This document shows, one piece after another, positions 58,044 through 64,000 of a stretch of 64,000 bases of DNA. The notes below the pieces were generated by a model, which was not told where the DNA came from, searched no databases, and saw only the letters and a list, made by a program, of their open reading frames with translations. The stretch spans positions 64,001 to 128,000 of the forward strand of contig CAJWLU010000004.1 in the NCBI GenBank assembly GCA_913043225.1. Reading direction: 5' to 3'. The DNA comes from an uncultured Acidobacteriota bacterium. GTDB lineage: Bacteria > Acidobacteriota > Vicinamibacteria > Vicinamibacterales > UBA8438. Numbering within the stretch: position 1 is the stretch's first letter; every line of letters begins with the position of its first letter. Made by a program: the position numbers and the translations under genes.

Positions 58044-60887
58044 CTAGTTTCCGGACATCGGGCTCGGCCCGCCGCGGAACGTCAACAGGTAGTCTCGAAT
58101 CGACTCAATCTGAGCTACTCCGTCCTGCTCGAACTGCGGATAGAACGACCCGGGATACTCGGTCCAGAACGTCGGCATACGCGTGCCCGGCTGAATCCCC
58201 AGGGGGTTCACCAACCAGTCGACGATCCAGTCCGGTTGCAGGCGCTCTCGCGCCATCCGCAGGTCTGGCGCGAGATTGGACAGCTCCTGGTCTTCAGGAA
58301 TGGTGTCGAGCACGTGGCACTGCTGGCAACGCAATAGATCGAAGAGTTCCTCACCCGTCTGGATGGTCTCGTTCGAGGGCACCTCCTCGTGAGTGCGGAA
58401 CTCACCAATAGAGCCAGACACGGCAGCGAAGTAGTCGATCACCCCGTTCCAGTGCTGATCGTCGAGACCGAAGGTTGGCATCCGCACCTCCAGCCACGGG
58501 CGAATAGTGATCGGCCCTCGGAAGAATGCGTACATCCAGTCCGGCTTGACCTTCGCTCCCTGTGGGGTAAGCATCGGCGGCGCCAGCGAGGGCTCCTCAA
58601 CCAACGCGACGTAGTCACCACCGTCGGCCTCAATCTCGTGGCATGCCACACAATTTCGACGTCGGACCAGGTTGCGCCCCTCGACGAGCGCATCCTCCTG
58701 CGCACCTCGAGGTCGCTGCGCCTCCTTCGGCTGCACGTCCCGCTGGAAGCTCAGGACAGCGGTCGTCAGCAAACGCGCTTCGTCCGCCGAGAACCCGAAG
58801 TTCGGCATCCGTAACTTTTCGAGCGGCTGCAGGATCCGGTTCGTGTCATAGATCCGCGGATCGACTAGCTTCTGGTTGATCCAGTCGCGTTTGGTGTGAG
58901 GAATATCGTGCACGAACGCAAAGTCGAACTGCGGAAGCAGCTTGCTACCTTCCTCGGTCAGCTCAACGCCGATAGGCTGGACATCCTCGAAGCCAGTGAT
59001 CTGGTGGCAGCTGTAGCAGCCGTAACGCCCGATGGCCCGACGTCCGAGATCGTGCTGCTTCTCTTGAGCGCTCATCCCAGCAATAGTGCTCTGGGCCTCC
59101 TCGAACGGCACGATGGCACGCATGTAGTCAAGAAGCACCGCATCAACATCTGCCTGCTGGTACGTGGCGGTGGCCGGCGTCCCGGCCCTCCCGGTCAACC
59201 CCTCCAGGTACGTGGCCACGTCTGCCACTTCGGCATCAGTGAGCCGCATATCCGGCATGTAAGTTTCGCTGCTGTAGTGCTTCGGATCGCGGACCCAGTC
59301 GAAGATCCACTCGTACGTGGTCTTGCTTCCCAGGGCCTGGAGCGGCTGTCCGAACGTCCGTCGCGGTCCGGCGGCCTCACGGCCTTCGTCGCCCGTGATG
59401 TGACAAGCCAGGCAGCCGACCGATTCAACAATCTGCTGACCGTTCGCCGCGTCGCCACGCGGCGGCGCAGACACCGCAAAGTCGTGGTCCTCGGAGTTGG
59501 CAAACAGATACGCCACAACCGCGTCGATCTCGACTTCATTGCGCACCGGGAAACCCTCGTCCTCGGCACTGTTGTTCGAGTTGTACCAGACCTTCGGCAT
59601 CCAGGTGCTCGGCTTGACAGCACGTGGATCACGGATCCAGTTAGCCACCCAATCTTCATCGAGCTTGGACGCTACCCTCGTCAGATCCGGGCCCGGCTTC
59701 CTAAGATCGGCAAAACCAGCAGTGTTGTGGCAGGCATAGCAGCCGGCTCGCTCGTACATCCCGTAGGCCACGTTGAGCTTCTCGGCACCCGGCACAAACA
59801 CCTCGCCCTGGTGGCACTTGCGGCACGACGCCTCAGCCATACCATTGGGCAGCATCGGCAGATCCCAGTAGTGCTGCTCTTCCCAGTCGTACTTCTCTTC
59901 CCACTCGGCCATCTGCTCGTCCGATGATGGCGAGTGAGCCGCTTGGACGAAGTTAATCGTCTGCCCCATCCCCTCGTGGCACACGGTGCACCCGGTAGAC
60001 TCGAGGGAATGGGGTGACGCACTCCCGACATACAGGTCAAGGTTGGGGTGGGTACGGAACGGCTGCGGGTAGTCCTCGTAGCCTTCCCGATCGATCGCCA
60101 GATGGCAGGTCTGACACCGATCCATCTTCGCCACGCGGGTGAAGTTCACGTCGTCGACAACGTTCGGCGTGATGGTCTGTCGCACCGTCAGGGACGGGGC
60201 CATAAAGTCGAGCAACGGAGCATTCAGTAAATAGTCGTTGATCAGGCTCGGCTCGAGATCGTCGACCAGCCCCTGTAACCGTTCCGTTTCTCCGACCAGG
60301 CCGCCTAGCTCCGCGGTAAGGTTATCTACCTGCGCGGTAATCGCCCCGATCTGGTTCCGGATCTCGCCGCGTTCGGCTTCGAGACGCTCCACCTCGAGGC
60401 CTTCCGCGACCCAGCGCTCATAGAGGGCGGTGACGTCCTCCTCGCCCGCAACCTCGTGGTCCTCGCCAGCGCCATGCGCTTCTTCTCGCTCCACCTCAAA
60501 CGCGTACCGATCAACGTCGTATTCAGCCTTGGTAAAATTGAAGGCCTGGGTCGCGATAAAGAGTTGTCGCTCGACTTCCGCTAGCTGCCCCTCCAGGTCG
60601 TCGACCTGCGCCTGACTCGCACCCACCTGCTGCGCCGCCGCGTCCCGTTGGGCCGTGACCTCGGCTACCTGCGCCTGATTGACGTTGGCCTGCTCCGCCA
60701 CCAGGCTCGCGCGCGTCACCTCCATCTCAAGGGAACTGAACTGGCGCTGGTAGTTCTTCCACTCCCGGTCGTAGTCGTCCCACACCATCCAGACTGTCGA
60801 AAAGAGCACAAACAAACTGGACGCGGCGAAAACCACGTTCAGGAAATCGATGTTGTAGGCGTGTCCGACTGCCCGCTTATCTGCCAT
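58044..60887 (-). CDS. Membrane-anchored multihaem c-type cytochrome (8 CxxCH)
   Basis: N-terminal TM helix and a long coiled coil, then CQTCH, CTVCH, CRKCH, CYACH, CLACH, CYSCH, CVACH and CQQCH. Confidence 0.92.
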   Translation of the reverse strand: MADKRAVGHAYNIDFLNVVFAASSLFVLFSTVWMVWDDYDREWKNYQRQFSSLEMEVTRASLVAEQANVNQAQVAEVTAQRDAAAQQVGASQAQVDDLEGQLAEVERQLFIATQAFNFTKAEYDVDRYAFEVEREEAHGAGEDHEVAGEEDVTALYERWVAEGLEVERLEAERGEIRNQIGAITAQVDNLTAELGGLVGETERLQGLVDDLEPSLINDYLLNAPLLDFMAPSLTVRQTITPNVVDDVNFTRVAKMDRCQTCHLAIDREGYEDYPQPFRTHPNLDLYVGSASPHSLESTGCTVCHEGMGQTINFVQAAHSPSSDEQMAEWEEKYDWEEQHYWDLPMLPNGMAEASCRKCHQGEVFVPGAEKLNVAYGMYERAGCYACHNTAGFADLRKPGPDLTRVASKLDEDWVANWIRDPRAVKPSTWMPKVWYNSNNSAEDEGFPVRNEVEIDAVVAYLFANSEDHDFAVSAPPRGDAANGQQIVESVGCLACHITGDEGREAAGPRRTFGQPLQALGSKTTYEWIFDWVRDPKHYSSETYMPDMRLTDAEVADVATYLEGLTGRAGTPATATYQQADVDAVLLDYMRAIVPFEEAQSTIAGMSAQEKQHDLGRRAIGRYGCYSCHQITGFEDVQPIGVELTEEGSKLLPQFDFAFVHDIPHTKRDWINQKLVDPRIYDTNRILQPLEKLRMPNFGFSADEARLLTTAVLSFQRDVQPKEAQRPRGAQEDALVEGRNLVRRRNCVACHEIEADGGDYVALVEEPSLAPPMLTPQGAKVKPDWMYAFFRGPITIRPWLEVRMPTFGLDDQHWNGVIDYFAAVSGSIGEFRTHEEVPSNETIQTGEELFDLLRCQQCHVLDTIPEDQELSNLAPDLRMARERLQPDWIVDWLVNPLGIQPGTRMPTFWTEYPGSFYPQFEQDGVAQIESIRDYLLTFRGGPSPMSGN

Positions 60888-60945
60888 GGCGCAACATCTC
60901 GCCGTCCGAAGACGGCCTCAAAAGCAACGATCGTGAACTCAGCAT

Positions 60946-62022
60946 CTAGATATTGAAGAAATACTCCGGAATCGACACGACGTACTTCAGATTAAACAGC
61001 CACCGGAGCAGCATCTTGACCGGCAACGAAAGCATCGCGAGAAACAGCGTGACAGTCACATAGAACCGCGTCGGACCCAGCTTCTCGTAGTAGCGGCTAA
61101 GGCCCTTCTTGGCCAGGGCGACGGGCAGCACAAACACGTACACGAGCGTGAGTAGGATGCCGAAACTTTCTCGAACCAAGGGATTCTCAGGTAGGGCCAT
61201 CCCAAGCCCACGTACCCAGATATAGTCCGAGAGCTGGACGCTGGTCAGCGCCTCGAGCTTGTGTACATCCCAGTATTCGAATGGGCCGAAGAAATTCCAG
61301 TTCGGCCCCCGAAGGAAGGTACCCAGCACGATCAGCGAGTTCCAGAGAATGATGAAGCCGAACAGGAAGATGACGATCTCGGCCTTCCGCTCGACGAACG
61401 TGTAGTATCCGTTTCCCTTTGGGTTCTTGTCGACGTAAGGAATCGCCATCAGGCCCACGATGATCAGTGACGGCAGGACCACCCCGGCCAGCCACGGATC
61501 GTAGTAGACCAGCATCTCCTGTAAACCGAGGAAATACCACGGTGCCTTGGAGGGGTTCGGCGTGTTGGCGTTGTTGGCCGGCTGCTCAATCGGGGCCTCG
61601 AGGCCGATCGACCACACGATCAGAATGACCATGCAGACGACCATCGCGATGAGTTCCGTATAAACCAGGTCGGGCCAGGTCCAGACGCGATCCTCTTCCT
61701 CTTTCTCGATGGGTTCCTTCCCAGCGGCGATCCGCTGGTCGTTGCGCACCCCTTCGCGTACCGAGTACCAGGTAAAGAACACCAGCAGGAAGATCAACGC
61801 CACAATAGGTACGTTGTCTGGCTTGGTGATGATTTTGTTGAAGTTCTCGTCAGTCAGCCCAAACGCGAAGAAGATGGCCAGAAAGACCATCATCCCCCAA
61901 CCCCAGCTGTTGCTAGCCCACGCCTCGCGCTTCCAGACGATCAGGACCAGTGCGACCACTGAGATCGTAAAGAACAGCCGCGGATCGGCAAAGAGGTCAA
62001 TGAAGCCTTTTATCGCGTCCAT
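60946..62022 (-). CDS. Cytochrome b6f subunit IV-like protein of a Rieske/cytochrome b complex, with extra TM helices
   Basis: VWTWPDL, APIEQPAN...TPNPSKAPWYFLGLQE (PEWY-equivalent) and IPYVDKNP motifs. Confidence 0.85.
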   Translation of the reverse strand: MDAIKGFIDLFADPRLFFTISVVALVLIVWKREAWASNSWGWGMMVFLAIFFAFGLTDENFNKIITKPDNVPIVALIFLLVFFTWYSVREGVRNDQRIAAGKEPIEKEEEDRVWTWPDLVYTELIAMVVCMVILIVWSIGLEAPIEQPANNANTPNPSKAPWYFLGLQEMLVYYDPWLAGVVLPSLIIVGLMAIPYVDKNPKGNGYYTFVERKAEIVIFLFGFIILWNSLIVLGTFLRGPNWNFFGPFEYWDVHKLEALTSVQLSDYIWVRGLGMALPENPLVRESFGILLTLVYVFVLPVALAKKGLSRYYEKLGPTRFYVTVTLFLAMLSLPVKMLLRWLFNLKYVVSIPEYFFNI

Positions 62023-62078
62023 GTCTCGTATCCGTCAGATTCCGTCTTCGCTGTCTGACTCTCGATTCCTGCCGGTCC

Positions 62079-62894
62079 CTAGAGCGGCCCCGAGATCCCG
62101 CCGTCCTTCCGCACGCGCCAGAAGTGCACGGCCATGAGAAAACCAATGACCAGCGGCAATGCCACGCAGTGGAGCACATAAAAGCGCAGCAACGCGCCCT
62201 CGCCTACCAGCGTGCCCCCGAGCAGAGCGAACCGGGCGTCATCGGCCGCGTGCACCAGTTGGACGTCACCCAGACGCATCAGCTGAAAACCTGGGCCTTC
62301 GTGTCCGAGGAACGGTGTCGCCCGGGCCATGTTCGAACCAACGGTAATCGCCCAGATGGCCAGCTGGTCCCATGGGAGCAGATAGCCGGTAAACGACAAC
62401 AGTAACGTCAACACCAGCATGATGACGCCGACGTTCCAGTTGAACTCCCGAGGTGGCTTATAGGAGCCCGTCATGAAGACCCGGAACATGTGGAGCCACA
62501 CGGTAATGACCATGGCGTGCGCACCCCAGCGGTGCATCTCGCGCATGATGCCCAGCGGCACGTGCTCGCGCAGCCCGACGATATCGGAGTACGCGTACTC
62601 CAACGTCGGCCGGTAGTAGAACATCAACAGCAATCCGGTAAAGGTCAGCACCAGGAAGAGGAAGAAGCTGATGCCGCCCATGCACCACGTGTAGCGCAGA
62701 CGCACACCCGACTTGCGGAGACGCACCGGGTGCATGTGCAGAAAGACGTTGGACAGCATGACCAGCACGCGATTCCGATCGTTAATCGGAGCCGTGTGCC
62801 GGAAGATCGACGTCCAGATCTGGGTCTCGGTGATCCAGTCCCACGCCCGCACGAGCGCCGGAGCCTTCGGTTCGATGGTCTTGGTGTCAGCCAT
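62079..62894 (-). CDS. Cytochrome b6-like subunit (split cytochrome b)
   Basis: WCMGGI (haem ci Cys), MHRWGAHAM...[24 protein letters not shown] and YVLHCV...AVHF motifs. Confidence 0.93.
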   Translation of the reverse strand: MADTKTIEPKAPALVRAWDWITETQIWTSIFRHTAPINDRNRVLVMLSNVFLHMHPVRLRKSGVRLRYTWCMGGISFFLFLVLTFTGLLLMFYYRPTLEYAYSDIVGLREHVPLGIMREMHRWGAHAMVITVWLHMFRVFMTGSYKPPREFNWNVGVIMLVLTLLLSFTGYLLPWDQLAIWAITVGSNMARATPFLGHEGPGFQLMRLGDVQLVHAADDARFALLGGTLVGEGALLRFYVLHCVALPLVIGFLMAVHFWRVRKDGGISGPL

Positions 62895-62908
62895 GATCGC
62901 CTAACTAA

Positions 62909-63589
62909 CTAGATCTCCAGGAAAGACTCCTGGTCGGTCCACTGACCCAGTTCTTCCTGGAACTTCCGACTCTTGTCGATGAGAATCTGGCCGTCCTCTG
63001 CCCGCACGATCCGGGTGCGCTCGAGCGGCCTTGGCGCCGGTCCCTCGAAGTGAATACCGGTCGGGCGGAACCCACTCCCGTGACACGGGCACTTGAACTT
63101 GTTCTCGGCCGACAGCCAGTTGGGCGTGCAGCCCAGGTGGGTGCAGATCGAGAAAAGCGCGTAGAACCCGGATGCTTCGTGGGTGTAGTCGTTCTCTGTC
63201 CTGACTATCCACACCCCCCTCGTGTCCTTGAACCGCTCGTCGACCCCGTTCCCGTAGTCCTCAGGGAACCCGATCGTGAACTGCTGCGGCGGTTCGTTGA
63301 GAACGTTCGGGAACATGAACCGACCGGTCGCGGCCAGGCACCCGGCGGACGCCGCGGTGAAGGCGCCCCAGGCGAGCCCCATCCAGCCACGTCGCCCCAT
63401 GAGCGGCGACATATCGGCCTCGGGCGCCTTCTTACCCGCCGAGCGCGCGGCCGGACTAGTCGTCCGCCCCTTGAGCTTGGCGTCGTTGGCGGCCGCCGCT
63501 GCCGCAGCGGCAGGTTTCGGCGCAGCCGGCTTCGCCTCGGCGGCGGGCGGGGTGTCTGCTGGCGGCGGAGTCTTAGGTTCGTCAGCCAT
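62909..63589 (-). CDS. Rieske iron-sulfur subunit
   Basis: Tat-like GRRGWM followed by a TM helix; CTHLGC, CPCHGSGF and GPAPRPL motifs. Confidence 0.95.
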   Translation of the reverse strand: MADEPKTPPPADTPPAAEAKPAAPKPAAAAAAAANDAKLKGRTTSPAARSAGKKAPEADMSPLMGRRGWMGLAWGAFTAASAGCLAATGRFMFPNVLNEPPQQFTIGFPEDYGNGVDERFKDTRGVWIVRTENDYTHEASGFYALFSICTHLGCTPNWLSAENKFKCPCHGSGFRPTGIHFEGPAPRPLERTRIVRAEDGQILIDKSRKFQEELGQWTDQESFLEI

Positions 63590-63642
63590 GCTCGTGTCCT
63601 ATCTCGTACCCTCGTCGCAGGTCGCTCACCTGCCTCACAACT

Positions 63643-64000
63643 CTACCGTTCGGCGACGTTGCCCTCAAAGGGCGTGCCGTCGAGCGCGCCCAGCGTCTCC
63701 ATGGCCGCCTCGCGCACTGTCAGATTCTCATCCGTGTCAGCGAGGCGTTCTACCGGCCCGCGCAGGTCCGCCTCGACGCTGACCGTGCCGAGCGCGGCGA
63801 CCGCCTTGAGCCCGCTGACCATGACCTCGCTCGTCGGGTCCGCGAGCGTCTCGGACGGCGTCACGTGCTCGCTCACGTACTCGCGATCCAGCATCCGCCG
63901 CAACACCGTCAAGCCCCGCCCGTCGCCATGGCGCGCCAGCGAGACTGCCGCGTTCCACTGCACATCCGGCACAGGGTCGCTCAACGCAGACCTAAGCGTC
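63643..64000 (-). CDS. HEAT-repeat protein, 5' part outside window
   Basis: D.VPDVQWNAAVSLA and DENLTVREAAMETL helical repeats; the frame is open to the window edge. Confidence 0.7.
   Translation of the reverse strand, partial: TLRSALSDPVPDVQWNAAVSLARHGDGRGLTVLRRMLDREYVSEHVTPSETLADPTSEVMVSGLKAVAALGTVSVEADLRGPVERLADTDENLTVREAAMETLGALDGTPFEGNVAER

Overview
This is a GC-rich, gene-dense bacterial chromosome segment. Gene content and order suggest Acidobacteriota, probably Vicinamibacteria/subdivision 6 (inference). No CRISPR array, rRNA, integrase or transposase was seen. From left to right it holds: a 5'-truncated Na+/solute symporter; a type II secretion/type IV pilus-like locus in visible decay (a PKD/Ig lipoprotein gene with three -1 frameshifts, and a secretin reduced to a cohesin-like remnant with an in-frame stop); a two-gene bacterial microcompartment module (BMC-H plus acylating aldehyde dehydrogenase) followed by a MaoC dehydratase; and a compact orphan three-enzyme operon (glutaminase-less asparagine-synthetase-like ligase, RaSEA-like radical SAM enzyme, PrnC-like flavin-dependent halogenase homologue). 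That operon is the best candidate for an undescribed pathway. Housekeeping and metabolic genes follow: M23 peptidase, secA, guaB, tsaE, nnr, class IV aminotransferase, gcvTHP, lactate permease, an ACE-like M2 peptidase, purA, a cutA/PP2C phosphatase/DUF2007-RNase III operon, ftsB, tRNA-fMet, acyl-CoA dehydrogenase, glnK-amtB, a tartrate-dehydrogenase/CoA-transferase/crotonase group, pgi-pgl, and pncB/pncA. The window ends with a b6f-like Rieske/cytochrome b complex carrying an eight-haem c-type cytochrome. All calls come from motif recognition by eye; no database searches were run, and several start codons were re-chosen manually.
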